From Gemmatimonadota bacterium (lineage in GTDB: Bacteria; Gemmatimonadota; Gemmatimonadetes; Gemmatimonadales; GWC2-71-9), in contig JBDHIW010000002.1 in NCBI GenBank assembly GCA_039587215.1, positions 8,546-64,550 of the forward strand: 56,005 nt of DNA, in the 5' to 3' direction. The position numbers and the translations under genes were made by a program. Each line of letters opens with the position of its first letter. Position 1 is the first letter of the stretch. Below, one piece after another: positions 10,741-20,443 of the stretch. Under the pieces are notes generated by a model. That model saw only the letters and a program-made list of their open reading frames with translations, had not been told where the DNA came from and did not search any database.

Positions 10741-11562
10741 ATGACGCGGGTGATCGCGATCGCGAATCAGAAGGGTGGTGTCGGTAAGACGACGACCGCG
10801 GTGAACCTGGCCGCGTCGCTGGCGGCCGCGGAACAGCGGACGCTGCTCGTCGACGGCGACCCGCAGGCCAACGCGACGAGCGGTATCGGCCTGGATCGTG
10901 GCCAGATCGAGTCGTCCCTGTACGACACGCTCGTCAATGGCCTCCCGCTCAGTGCCGCGCTCGTGCGCAGCGTGAACTTCCCGCACCTCGATGTCGTGCC
11001 GTCGACGGAAGACCTGGTGGGTGCCGAGCTCGAACTGGTCAACCGGCCGCGACGCGAGTTCGTGATGCGCGAGGCCCTGGCTCCGCTGAGCGGTCACTAC
11101 GATTTCATCCTGATCGACTGCCCGCCGTCGCTCGGGCTCATCACGCTGAACATGCTCACGGGTGCCGACGCGCTGCTGATTCCGATTCAGTGCGAGTACT
11201 ACGCCCTGGAAGGTCTGTCGAAACTGTTGAACACCGTCCGACTCGTGCAGCAGAACTGCAACGCGGCGCTCGGGATCGACGGCGTGTTGCTGACGATGTA
11301 CGACGCCCGGCTCAATCTTTCCAAGCAGGTCGCCGGGGAGGCGAAGGAGTACTTCGGGTCGCAGGTCTACTCCACGGTCATTCCGCGAAATGTCCGCTTG
11401 GCCGAGGCGCCGAGCTTCGGCAAGCCGATTCTCCTGTATGACGTGCAGTCGGTGGGTGCGCAGACGTACCTCGCGCTGGCGCAGGAAGTGATTCGGCGGA
11501 CGGCGGAGGGCCAGCAAGGCGCCGGGGGCGTTCCGACCCTCGTCGGTGAGGAACTGCCATGA
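10741..11562 (+). CDS. parA: Chromosome partitioning ATPase ParA/Soj
   Basis: [59 protein letters not shown]. Confidence 0.97.
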   Translation: MTRVIAIANQKGGVGKTTTAVNLAASLAAAEQRTLLVDGDPQANATSGIGLDRGQIESSLYDTLVNGLPLSAALVRSVNFPHLDVVPSTEDLVGAELELVNRPRREFVMREALAPLSGHYDFILIDCPPSLGLITLNMLTGADALLIPIQCEYYALEGLSKLLNTVRLVQQNCNAALGIDGVLLTMYDARLNLSKQVAGEAKEYFGSQVYSTVIPRNVRLAEAPSFGKPILLYDVQSVGAQTYLALAQEVIRRTAEGQQGAGGVPTLVGEELP

Positions 11563-12440
11563 GTGAATCGAAACGGCGATTGGGACGGGGACTCGAGGCG
11601 CTGTTGGGGCCGGCCCCCACCGTCGAGCGCGCGCGCGCATCGGGGCAGCTCAACGAGGTGTCGGTGGAGGCGATCCGCCCGAACCGCTTTCAGCCGCGGC
11701 GCACGTTCGACGACCAAGCGCTCAAGGAACTCGCGGAGTCGCTGGAGCGCGACGGGCTCCTGCAGCCCATCGTCGTCCGCAACGACGGTCCCGGACGCTT
11801 CGAGTTGATCGCCGGCGAGCGGCGCTTCCGCGCAGCGCAGAGCCTCGCATGGGAGCGGATCGGTGCCGTCGTGCGTGACGTGGACGACCGCACGATGCTC
11901 ACGCTGGCGCTGGTCGAGAATCTGCAGCGCGACGCCCTCTCACCGATCGAGGAAGCGCGTGGGTATCAGCGACTCATCGACGAGTTTGCCTCCACCCAGC
12001 GGCAGGTGGGCGAACTCGTCGGACGGGACCGTACCACGGTCGCCAACGCGCTGCGTCTCCTGACGCTGCCCGACGACGTGCAGGACCTCGTCCACGCGGG
12101 GAGCCTGTCGGCGGGGCACGCCCGTGCGCTCCTGCAGTTCGAGACCGCGGACGCCATCCGCAAGGCGGCACGCGCGATGATCGACGGCGGCATGTCGGTG
12201 CGCGAGGCCGAGACGCTCGCGCAGGCGACCACACGCGCGAAGGGTCGCGGCCAGCGAGGGGGGCGGCGCCCCGCGCCGGAAGTCCGCCGGCTCGAGGACG
12301 TCCTGCGTCGCCGTCTCCAAACGGACGTGTCGATCTCGCGCCGAGGGAAGGACAGCGGGCGAATCTCGGTGAACTTCTATTCGCACGATGATCTCGCGCG
12401 CGTGCTCGAGATCATCCTTGGCGAACCCTACGACGGATGA
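11559..12440 (+). CDS. parB: Chromosome partitioning protein ParB/Spo0J
   Basis: [10 protein letters not shown] ParA-stimulating peptide, [39 protein letters not shown]. Confidence 0.97.
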   Translation: MSESKRRLGRGLEALLGPAPTVERARASGQLNEVSVEAIRPNRFQPRRTFDDQALKELAESLERDGLLQPIVVRNDGPGRFELIAGERRFRAAQSLAWERIGAVVRDVDDRTMLTLALVENLQRDALSPIEEARGYQRLIDEFASTQRQVGELVGRDRTTVANALRLLTLPDDVQDLVHAGSLSAGHARALLQFETADAIRKAARAMIDGGMSVREAETLAQATTRAKGRGQRGGRRPAPEVRRLEDVLRRRLQTDVSISRRGKDSGRISVNFYSHDDLARVLEIILGEPYDG

Positions 12441-13231
12441 CCCGCCCGCCGCGCTCGCTCACGGTGGTGGTGCATCGCGACGGGGCCACGGAGTCCCGGT
12501 CGGTGCGCTTTCCGCTGTGGCTGGTGCGGCTGGCCGCCGTGGCGGCCGTCGCGTTCCTGGTTCTCGTGATCGTCGCGAGCGCACTGTACGCTCCCGTCGC
12601 GCGCACGGCCGCGCGCGTCCCGGGACTGGCCGGCGAGGTCGAGCGCCTGCGGGAAGAGAACGCGCAGGTGCGCGAGCTGGCCGGGCAACTCGCGGCGGTC
12701 GAGGCGAGCTACGATCAACTGCAGGAAATGCTCGGCGTCGATCTCGTGCCGAATCGCGCGCGGGTGGGTGCCGTGCCGGCCGTGGCCTATCCCATCCTCG
12801 CGAGCGCACCGGACGCGGCCGCCCACGATCCGACGATCCCGACGCGTCCCACACGGTGGCCGCTCGAGGAGCCCGGCATCGTGACGCGCGGACCGGTGGC
12901 GGCGAACGGAACGGCCGAGGCACACAGCGGTGTCGACGTCGCGGTCCCGGTCGGCACGCCGATACGTGCTGCGGGCGGCGGCGTCGTCGTCGAGGCCGGC
13001 CGTGACGACGAGTACGGTCTGTTCGTGCGGTTGCGGCACGTCGGCGACATCGAGTCGATGTACGGACACGCGTCGCGCCTGTTGGTCGCGCGCGGCGACA
13101 GTGTGACGACGGGTCAGGTCATCGCCCTGTCCGGGTCGACGGGCCGATCCACCGCACCACATCTGCATTTCGAGTTGTTTCGCGCCGGAGCGTCGATCGA
13201 CCCGAGAAACGTGATCATCGAGGAGTCGTAA
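12437..13231 (+). CDS. Membrane-anchored M23 family peptidoglycan endopeptidase
   Basis: Short N-terminal segment, TM helix, coiled coil, then HSGVD, MYGH, GSTGRSTAPHLHFE zinc motifs; ATGA overlap with parB. Confidence 0.92.
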   Translation: MTRPPRSLTVVVHRDGATESRSVRFPLWLVRLAAVAAVAFLVLVIVASALYAPVARTAARVPGLAGEVERLREENAQVRELAGQLAAVEASYDQLQEMLGVDLVPNRARVGAVPAVAYPILASAPDAAAHDPTIPTRPTRWPLEEPGIVTRGPVAANGTAEAHSGVDVAVPVGTPIRAAGGGVVVEAGRDDEYGLFVRLRHVGDIESMYGHASRLLVARGDSVTTGQVIALSGSTGRSTAPHLHFELFRAGASIDPRNVIIEES

Positions 13232-13672
13232 ATGGCAGCATTCACGAGCGGCGGCGAGCGTGGCCGCGAACAGTCACGAGAGGGCAGCCTCTCGATCGTC
13301 GGCGCCGGCATGCGCATCGTCGGCGAGATGGCGACCGACGGCGTACTGAAGGTCGAGGGTGTGATTCACGGGAGCATCCGGGCAACGCAGCAGGTCGTCG
13401 TGGCGCGGGGCGGGTCCATCGTGGGAGACGTGTACACGCGCGAGGCCATCGTCGGCGGCACCGTCTCGGGGTCCATCTACGCCGATGCCCGGGTGGAGAT
13501 TCAGGAGCAGGCCGAGGTGCACGGCGACATTGCGACCAAGACCCTGGTCGTTCAGGAGGACGGCGAGGTGAACGGGCACGTCCGCATGGGCGAGGTGAAG
13601 GCGATGGAGCTCGGTGCATCGGTGGCCGAGCCCAAGCCGTCGGCGGAGCGCATCGCCTCCGCGGTGCAGTAG
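13232..13672 (+). CDS. Bactofilin (polymer-forming cytoskeletal protein)
   Basis: Beta-helix repeats LSIVGAGMRIVGEM...LKVEGVIHGSI...IVGDV...VSGSI...VHGDI...VNGHV; ATG immediately follows the M23 stop. Confidence 0.93.
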   Translation: MAAFTSGGERGREQSREGSLSIVGAGMRIVGEMATDGVLKVEGVIHGSIRATQQVVVARGGSIVGDVYTREAIVGGTVSGSIYADARVEIQEQAEVHGDIATKTLVVQEDGEVNGHVRMGEVKAMELGASVAEPKPSAERIASAVQ

Positions 13673-13686
13673 CCGCGGCGGCGCCC

Positions 13687-14445
13687 GTGTCGGTCTCTAG
13701 AAACACCCTGGTCGAGTATCTCGACGCGTATCTCCGCGTCGAGGCGATCCCGGACTATCCCCATGCGCTGAACGGCTTGCAGGTGGAAGGTGCTCCGGAC
13801 GTATCCCGACTCGCGGTCGCGGTCGACGCCTGCCAGGCCACGATCGAGGGTGCGGCAGCGATGGATGCCGACCTCCTGCTCGTGCACCACGGGCTCTTCT
13901 GGGGCGGTCTCGAGCCCGTGGTAGGGCGGCACGCGGCGCGGCTCGGCCGCCTGTTGGGTTCGGCAACCTCGTTGTACGCCGCGCACATCCCACTGGATCT
14001 GCATCCCGAGGTGGGCAACAACGCGGTGCTGGCATCGCACCTCGGCCTCGCGTCACCCGAACCCTTCGGAGCGTTCAACGGCATCCCAGTCGGTCTCGTG
14101 GGGGCCCTTGCAGTCGAACGGGAAGCGCTCGCGAACACCCTGGCCAATCTCCTGGGGGCCACGCCGCAGGTTCTGGCGCACGGTCCCGAGCGTACCGCCC
14201 GGGTCGCGATCATCACGGGGGGTGCTGGGAACATGATCGCGAGCGCCCGCGCGGCAGGGGCCGATACGTTCATCACGGGCGAGGGCGCCCACCACACGTT
14301 CTTCGACGCGGAAGAGTGGGGCATGAACGTCATCTACGCCGGCCACTACGCGACGGAGACCGTGGGTGTGCGAGCCCTGGCCGAGCACCTCGCGGAACGC
14401 TTCGAGCTTCCATGGGAGTTCATCGACCACCCGACCGGTCTGTGA
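13687..14445 (+). CDS. Nif3-like dinuclear metal centre hexameric protein (DUF34)
   Basis: NGLQVEG, LLVHHGLFW, AHIPLDLHPEVGNN, ITGE, AGHYATE. Confidence 0.93.
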   Translation: MSVSRNTLVEYLDAYLRVEAIPDYPHALNGLQVEGAPDVSRLAVAVDACQATIEGAAAMDADLLLVHHGLFWGGLEPVVGRHAARLGRLLGSATSLYAAHIPLDLHPEVGNNAVLASHLGLASPEPFGAFNGIPVGLVGALAVEREALANTLANLLGATPQVLAHGPERTARVAIITGGAGNMIASARAAGADTFITGEGAHHTFFDAEEWGMNVIYAGHYATETVGVRALAEHLAERFELPWEFIDHPTGL

Positions 14446-15608
14446 TGCGCGCGGCGGGTCGGCGGGTCCTGGCGGCCCTGGCGCTCGCGATCGTCGGGGT
14501 GGCAGGGCGGAGCGACGCGCAGACGGACGCACTCGGAACGGCGCCCGCCGACTCGCTGGTCACACCACCGGACCCCGTGTTGGCCCGTCCCCTGCGTGTC
14601 TGCGGCAGTGGGGACCTCATGCTGGGCTCCGACCTCGATACCACCTGGGTCACGGCGGCGGCGCGCCGCGTCGGGCGCGCCGTTCCGGCCTTGCCGTCGG
14701 CGCCGGCGATGGTGGCCCCGCTCGTCCCGCTGCTGGCCGACGCGGACATCGTGCTCGTCAACGTGGAAGGTGCCATTGGGGAGGGGCCGGTCCCCCGCAA
14801 GTGCCGGCCTGGCTCCCGCTTCTGCTACGCGTTCCGTCAGCCGCCGGACCGGGCGGCCGCCATTGCCGGGTTGAGCGCGCGCGGGGTCGTCGTGGGCAAC
14901 GTGGCCAACAACCACGCCATGGACGCCGGAGCGGCGGGCTTTGCAGAAACCCGGCAGATGCTGGAGACCGCGGGGGTCGGGGTGACCGGGGCCGACACGA
15001 TCGCCACCGCGGTCGGCATCGGGTCCGATACCATCGGTGTTCTGGGATTTGCAACGGCGCAGGCCGGTCCCGATCCGCGTGACCTCGCGGCCGTGCGCAG
15101 GCACGTGCGGCGGGCGGCGGACCGGTTCGGGCGGGTGGTCGTGACCATGCACATGGGCGCCGAGGGCGCGAGTGCGCAGCGCACCGGCGACAGCACCGAG
15201 ATGTATCTGGGAGAGAATCGTGGCAACGTCGTCGCGTTCGCGCGGGCAGCGGCGGAGTCGGGTGCCGCATTCGTGATCGGCCACGGACCGCACGTGCTCC
15301 GCGCAGCGGAGTGGTGGCAGGGCAGTCTCCTCGTGTACTCGCTCGGCAACCTCCTCACCTACGGTCCGTTCAACATGAACCCGCCGCGTCACCACGGCGG
15401 GTTTGCCTGCGCCGTGATCGCCCCCGACGCATCCGTCTCGGACGGTGAGATCCGCTCCACACTCCAGCGGCGTCCCGGCATCGTGTCCGTAGACCCCGCG
15501 CACGGGGCCGGTGGGGTGGTCGACTCGCTGAGCCGGTTGGACTTTGGGGAGACGGGCGTGCGGATCGAGGCGGGTCAAATTCTCGACCCGGAGGGCGACG
15601 GCCGCTAA
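14445..15608 (+). CDS. CapA/PGA_cap family metallophosphatase-fold exported protein
   Basis: TGATG overlap with Nif3; signal-like N-terminus; GDLMLG, VNVEG, ANNHAMD, MHMGAE, IGHGPHV, YSLGN. Confidence 0.88.
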   Translation: MRAAGRRVLAALALAIVGVAGRSDAQTDALGTAPADSLVTPPDPVLARPLRVCGSGDLMLGSDLDTTWVTAAARRVGRAVPALPSAPAMVAPLVPLLADADIVLVNVEGAIGEGPVPRKCRPGSRFCYAFRQPPDRAAAIAGLSARGVVVGNVANNHAMDAGAAGFAETRQMLETAGVGVTGADTIATAVGIGSDTIGVLGFATAQAGPDPRDLAAVRRHVRRAADRFGRVVVTMHMGAEGASAQRTGDSTEMYLGENRGNVVAFARAAAESGAAFVIGHGPHVLRAAEWWQGSLLVYSLGNLLTYGPFNMNPPRHHGGFACAVIAPDASVSDGEIRSTLQRRPGIVSVDPAHGAGGVVDSLSRLDFGETGVRIEAGQILDPEGDGR

Positions 15609-15912
15609 CCCTCGGTGCGCAGCGGGATGACGGAGCGGACGTCCAGCGTCTCGGCGCTCCGGGGTGTCACTCGGCAGAAGCACTCCGATCCGATCACGCG
15701 TTTCACCCCGAGCACTTCGGTTTCGTCGATGCTCGGGACCTCGTGGTAGACGACTTCCAGCGTCCGTCCCCCGACGATGCGGTAGGAAGCCGGCCGCCCG
15801 GCGAGGCGACCGTGCGGGTCCACGCCGGGCAGCCCTGCCGTGAGCCGGGCGCCACCTCGGCGAGCCGCGCGCGGAGCGCAGGATCGGTCGCCGTGGTGGA
15901 CGGGTCAGGCAT
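15605..15912 (-). pseudogene. Hypothetical protein of about 102 aa split by an apparent 1-nt deletion near 15849
   Basis: MPDPSTTATDPALRARLAEVA (ATG overlaps the queG stop) joins RLTAGLPGVDPHGRLAGRPASYRIVGGRTLEVVY...PLRTEG if one G is restored (GCG [G]CC CGG). Confidence 0.55.
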
Positions 15913-16855
15913 CGGTCGGGCGCCGCGCACCGCGTACGGCGGCGGCGTTTCGCGTGAGGCCCTCGAGGCCGGGCCGTTCCAGCGGTGTCTGCCCGTAGCG
16001 AGCCGTGAACTCGCCCTCGGTCAACGCATCCAGTTCCTCGAGGTCGAGCCATGCGAGTGCAGGATCCAGCGCGAACGCTCCATCGCCGGTCACCGCAAAT
16101 CGTTCGTTCCAGGGACACACGTCCTGACAGACGTCGCATCCGAACACCCAATCGTGGAGTGCCGGCGGCTCGGCGGCGTCGAACGAACCACGGTGTTCGA
16201 TCGTGAGGTACGAGATGCAGCGTCGTGCGTCCAGGAGGCGGGCCTCCGGGAACGCGTCCGTCGGACACGCGTCGAGACAGCGACGGCAGGTGCCGCAGCG
16301 GTCGGCGGTGAAGGGCGCGTCGAGCGCGAGGTCGAGGTCGGTGAGCACGGTGGCGATGAAGAAGAACGACCCAGCGCGGGGCGCGATGAGCATCGTGTTC
16401 TTCCCGATCCATCCGAGGCCGGCACGCTGCGCCAGTTCGCGTTCGGGGACCGGACCGGCATCCACGAAGGGGCGCGCGATCGTGTCCGCCGCCCCGAGGG
16501 CGATGATGGCGTCCGCCAGGGCGCGCAGCGGGCCGGCGAGGCTCGTGTGGTAGTCCTCGCCGCGGGCGTATCTTGCGACGTGGCCCCACGAACCGTCGGG
16601 TGCCGGCGGGTCGGGGTGGTAGTAGTTCTTGAGGACCACGACCGCGCGGGTGGCGCCGGGGACGATCGTTTCGGGATGGAGGCGGCGGTCGGCCTGGCGG
16701 TGCATGTACCGCATGGTGCCGGCCATCCCCTCGCCGAGCCAGCGCCTGAGTTCGGCGGCGTGCGGCGTCGGCTCGAGATCGGTGATGCCCACGGCGTCGA
16801 ACCCGAGGGTCAGCGCCTGGGCTTTGACCTCCCGTGCGCGGTCGTGCGCCGTCAC
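15905..16855 (-). CDS. queG: Epoxyqueuosine reductase QueG
   Basis: GTG start overlapping upstream stop; LGFDAVGI, MRYMHR, ARYARGEDYH, FVDAGPVPERELA, GWIGKNT, CGTCRRCLDACPT, RCISYLTIE, FGCDVCQDVCPWN. Confidence 0.95.
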   Translation of the reverse strand: MTAHDRAREVKAQALTLGFDAVGITDLEPTPHAAELRRWLGEGMAGTMRYMHRQADRRLHPETIVPGATRAVVVLKNYYHPDPPAPDGSWGHVARYARGEDYHTSLAGPLRALADAIIALGAADTIARPFVDAGPVPERELAQRAGLGWIGKNTMLIAPRAGSFFFIATVLTDLDLALDAPFTADRCGTCRRCLDACPTDAFPEARLLDARRCISYLTIEHRGSFDAAEPPALHDWVFGCDVCQDVCPWNERFAVTGDGAFALDPALAWLDLEELDALTEGEFTARYGQTPLERPGLEGLTRNAAAVRGARRPTDA

Positions 16856-17109
16856 TGGCGCAGGATGGCGCGCCGCCAGCGGGCGAAACGGATGACGTCG
16901 TCGAGCGGCGGCACGGCATCTTCGCTGCCGTAGGCCGTGTACATGCGCCAGCGGCGGTACTCCCGCGGGGGCAGGGGCAGGAAAGGCGGGCGGCGGTACC
17001 AGTGGCTGGCCCGGAATGCCCAGAGCGTGAGCAGGAGATCGACAGCCAGACGAGGACGGACGATCGCGCGGGCTGCGAGCGCGACGAACAGTCGAAACCA
17101 ACTCATCAT
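16852..17109 (-). CDS. Hypothetical small basic/aromatic protein
   Basis: 85 aa, WYRRPPFLPLPPREYRRWRMYTAYG; stop overlaps the queG GTG, suggesting translational coupling. Confidence 0.75.
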   Translation of the reverse strand: MMSWFRLFVALAARAIVRPRLAVDLLLTLWAFRASHWYRRPPFLPLPPREYRRWRMYTAYGSEDAVPPLDDVIRFARWRRAILRQ

Positions 17110-17124
17110 CGTAGGTGGACGCGC

Positions 17125-17370
17125 ATGCATTGGACCATTCAGAGCGTCTCACTCGTCGGAGCGACGTTTATTGTCGGCGCGTACGTCGCGCTCCAGCGCA
17201 AGTGGTGGACGCGTCACGGCACGGCCTATCTCGTGTTCAACCTTATTGGATCCCTGCTGCTGCTGCTAGTGGCGATCGTCGACCGACGGCTCGGGTTCAT
17301 CGTGCTGGAGGTCGTGTGGGCCGCCGTGAGCGCGGACTCGCTGGTTCGCCGGAGGTCCCGAGCGACGTGA
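17125..17370 (+). CDS. Small 3-TM membrane protein (CBU_0592-like)
   Basis: 81 aa, SLVGATFIVGAY...YLVFNLIGSLLL...GFIVLEVVWAAVS. Confidence 0.78.
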   Translation: MHWTIQSVSLVGATFIVGAYVALQRKWWTRHGTAYLVFNLIGSLLLLLVAIVDRRLGFIVLEVVWAAVSADSLVRRRSRAT

Positions 17371-17407
17371 CCAGCCAGGGCCGGGGCCAGCCCGTATATT
17401 GGCGCGC

Positions 17408-18556
17408 ATGACCTCCTCCGCCGCGGCACTGCGGGATCTCTCGGCGTATCGCGACGAGTTCCCGATCTTTCGGGACACGGCGTACCTGAACACGTGCTCG
17501 CTCGGCCCGCTCTCGGTGCGTTCCCGCGACCGGGTCGCCGACTTCCTGGACGTCTGGGACGCCCGCGGGGCGTCGGCGTGGTACGACGTCTGGTGGGAAG
17601 CGCTGGCAGAGCTCCGCGCGGGATACGGCGCCGTCATCGGTGCCCGGTCGGAGGAGATCGCACTCCACGCGTCCGTCTCGACGGCCACGAGCGTGGTGGC
17701 CGGACTTATCGACGCCGCCCAGCGCCCCAAGGTGGTGACCACCAACCTGGACTTCCCGACGGTCGCCTATCAGTGGCTCGCCAAGGAGTCGCGCGGGGTC
17801 GAGGTGGTGGTCGTGGAGAGCCCCGACGGGGTGACGGTGCCGCCCGAGCTCATCGCCGAGGCGGTGGATGACCGCACCGCGGTCGTCGCGACGTCGCACG
17901 TCTACTTCACGACCGGCGCCATTCAAGATGTCCAGGCAGTCGCCGCGATCGCGCATCGTCACGGTGCGCTCTGTTTCATCGACGCCTATCAGAGCGTCGG
18001 ACAACTCCCCGTCGACGTGCACGCCCTCGGCGTCGACGCGCTGTGCGCCGGCGGACTCAAGTGGCTGCTCGGCGGCCCCGGGATCGTCTTCCTCTACGTC
18101 CGCGACGACCTCATCGAATCCCTCACGCCGACCGTGACGGGGTGGTTCGCGCATGCGGAGCAGTTTGCGTTCGATCCGACCCGGATGGCGTGGCACGACG
18201 ACGCCCGGCGCTTCGAGATGGGGACGCCGGCCCTCGCCGCCGTGTACGCGCAGCTCGGCGGGCTCGAGATCCTGCGAGAGATCGGCCTGCCGACCGTCCG
18301 GTCCGCGACGGCCGCGCTGACGGAGGATCTCATCGACCGCGCCCGCGCCGCGGGGCTCACGCTCACGACGGCGCCCCGCGCGGATGCGCGTTCGGCCATC
18401 GTCATGGTGCAGCATGCTGCGCCGGCGGAGGGGGTCGCGGCGTTGGTCCGCGCCGGGGTGATCGCCGACGCCCGCCCGGGGCACATCCGCCTGTCACCTT
18501 TCTTCTACAACACACCAGACGACTATGTCCGAGCCATCGAAACCCTCCGGTCCTGA
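17408..18556 (+). CDS. Class V PLP-dependent aminotransferase (kynureninase/selenocysteine-lyase-like)
   Basis: YLNTCSLG, DFPTV, IDAYQSVG, GGLKWLLGGPG (PLP Lys), RRFEMGTP, IRLSPFFYN. Confidence 0.9.
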   Translation: MTSSAAALRDLSAYRDEFPIFRDTAYLNTCSLGPLSVRSRDRVADFLDVWDARGASAWYDVWWEALAELRAGYGAVIGARSEEIALHASVSTATSVVAGLIDAAQRPKVVTTNLDFPTVAYQWLAKESRGVEVVVVESPDGVTVPPELIAEAVDDRTAVVATSHVYFTTGAIQDVQAVAAIAHRHGALCFIDAYQSVGQLPVDVHALGVDALCAGGLKWLLGGPGIVFLYVRDDLIESLTPTVTGWFAHAEQFAFDPTRMAWHDDARRFEMGTPALAAVYAQLGGLEILREIGLPTVRSATAALTEDLIDRARAAGLTLTTAPRADARSAIVMVQHAAPAEGVAALVRAGVIADARPGHIRLSPFFYNTPDDYVRAIETLRS

Positions 18557-19298
18557 GCGCGACCGCCCCAGCGGGCGCGTCACCGCGGACGAACGACTCC
18601 TGGAGGCACCGCGCCTGCCGGAGCTGCGCTCCTTTACCGACACCGACCCATGGCGGGTGTTGCGAATCCTCGGCGAATTCGTCGAGGGCTTCGAGGAACT
18701 CGCCGACATCCGCGGTGCGGTGTCCATCTTCGGCTCGGCACGCACGCCGCCCGACGATCCCATGTACGCGTTGGCCACCGCGACGGCACGTCTGCTCGGC
18801 GACGCCGGGTTCCCGGTGGTGACGGGGGCCGGTCCCGGCATCATGGAGGCGGCCAACCGCGGCGCGCGCGAGGCGGGGACGCTCTCGATCGGTCTGAACA
18901 TCGAGCTGCCCAGTGAACAGGGTGCCAACCCGTACCTCGATCGGGTGGTCAACTTCCGCTACTTCTTCGTCCGGAAGACGATGCTCGTGAAGTACTCCTG
19001 TGCATTCGTGTACTTTCCGGGCGGGTTCGGCACGATGGACGAGCTGTTCGAGTCCCTCACACTCGTGCAGACCGGCAAGATCTGGAACACGCCGATCATC
19101 CTCGTGGGGTCCTCCTACTGGCAGCCGCTCATCGCGTGGCTGACCGAACGGGTGGCCGGTGAGGCGAAGATCTCGCCGGAGGACTTGCACCTGTTCCACG
19201 TCGTCGACGATCCGGCAGAGGTCGTACGGATCGTGCTCGACGCGGACACGCAGCGCGCCACCACGGACGGTGGCGCGTCAGAGAAAGGCCTCGTGTGA
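18525..19298 (+). CDS. LOG family (TIGR00730-type) nucleoside monophosphate phosphoribohydrolase
   Basis: [52 protein letters not shown]. Confidence 0.92.
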   Translation: MSEPSKPSGPERDRPSGRVTADERLLEAPRLPELRSFTDTDPWRVLRILGEFVEGFEELADIRGAVSIFGSARTPPDDPMYALATATARLLGDAGFPVVTGAGPGIMEAANRGAREAGTLSIGLNIELPSEQGANPYLDRVVNFRYFFVRKTMLVKYSCAFVYFPGGFGTMDELFESLTLVQTGKIWNTPIILVGSSYWQPLIAWLTERVAGEAKISPEDLHLFHVVDDPAEVVRIVLDADTQRATTDGGASEKGLV

Positions 19299-20443
19299 TG
19301 ACGCAGAACAAGCGCCGCCTCCTCCAGGGCAAACAGATCGACCCGCAACCGCTGCATGGCGGTGAAACCGTTGCCGAGCTGGTGGACCGGAGCTTCTTCG
19401 CCTACAACGCCGGGCGGCTGCGTGAAGCGTGTCAGCTCTTCGCGTCGCGGATGCTGGACGACCGCTGTACCGTGGGGATGAGTCTGACCGGAGCGATGAC
19501 GCCCGCGGGCCTCGGCATGTCGACGGTGATCCCGATGATCGAGGCGGGTTTCGTGGACTGGATCGTCTCGACGGGCGCCAACCTGTACCACGATCTCCAC
19601 TTCCCGCTCGGATTCTCGATGCACCGCGGCTCGCCCTTCGCAGACGACGTCCAGCTCCGCGACGAGGGCGTGGTGCGGATCTACGACGTGTTCTTCGACT
19701 ACGCGGTCCTGCTCAAGACGGACGAGTTCCTCCGGAAGGTCAGCCAGCAGGAGGAGTTCCAGAAGCCGATGAGCTCCGCCGAGTACCACTACCGGCTCGG
19801 GGCCTACGTGGCGGAGCGGGAGCGCGCGCTGGGGCTCACGCACAAGTCGGTGCTCGTCGCGGCCTACGAGCAGGGCGTGCCGATCTACACGTCATCGCCC
19901 GGGGATTCATCGATCGGGATGAACGTGGCGGAGCTCGCCCTGGACGGGTACGCCATCTCGTACGACGTGGCAGCCGACGTGAACGAGACCGCCGCCATCG
20001 TGCTCGAGGCCAAACGGTCGGGCGGGCAAAGCGGCATTCTCATCGTCGGGGGCGGCAGTCCCAAGAACTTCGTGCTGCAGACGGAGCCGCAGATCCAGGA
20101 GGTGCTGGGCATCGAGGAGAAGGGTCACGACTACTACCTCCAGATCACCGATGCCCGGCCCGATACCGGAGGGCTCTCGGGGGCGACGCCGGCGGAGGCG
20201 GTGAGTTGGGGCAAGGTCGATCCCGACCAGCTTCCGGACGCGGTCGTGTGCTACTCCGACACGACGATCGCGCTCCCCATTCTCGTCTCGTACGCGCTGG
20301 CCACCTGCGCGCCGCGACCGCCCAAGCGGCTATACGACCGGCGGGAGGAGTTGCTCGCCAAGCTGCTGAAGGCCTACAAGGAATCGCGGGACTTTCGAGA
20401 CGCGCGGGCCGAAGGCGCGGCGTTGCTGGGGGTCGACGACTAG
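19295..20443 (+). CDS. Deoxyhypusine synthase family protein (probable homospermidine-pathway aminobutyltransferase)
   Basis: [57 protein letters not shown] (catalytic Lys). Confidence 0.92.
   Translation: MMTQNKRRLLQGKQIDPQPLHGGETVAELVDRSFFAYNAGRLREACQLFASRMLDDRCTVGMSLTGAMTPAGLGMSTVIPMIEAGFVDWIVSTGANLYHDLHFPLGFSMHRGSPFADDVQLRDEGVVRIYDVFFDYAVLLKTDEFLRKVSQQEEFQKPMSSAEYHYRLGAYVAERERALGLTHKSVLVAAYEQGVPIYTSSPGDSSIGMNVAELALDGYAISYDVAADVNETAAIVLEAKRSGGQSGILIVGGGSPKNFVLQTEPQIQEVLGIEEKGHDYYLQITDARPDTGGLSGATPAEAVSWGKVDPDQLPDAVVCYSDTTIALPILVSYALATCAPRPPKRLYDRREELLAKLLKAYKESRDFRDARAEGAALLGVDD

Noticed and set aside
15824-15907. UGA read-through or Sec at the queG stop (downstream ORF half is in frame)
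   Set aside because: QueG is complete at the stop, the intervening peptide is not protein-like, and a 1-nt deletion explains the data more simply.
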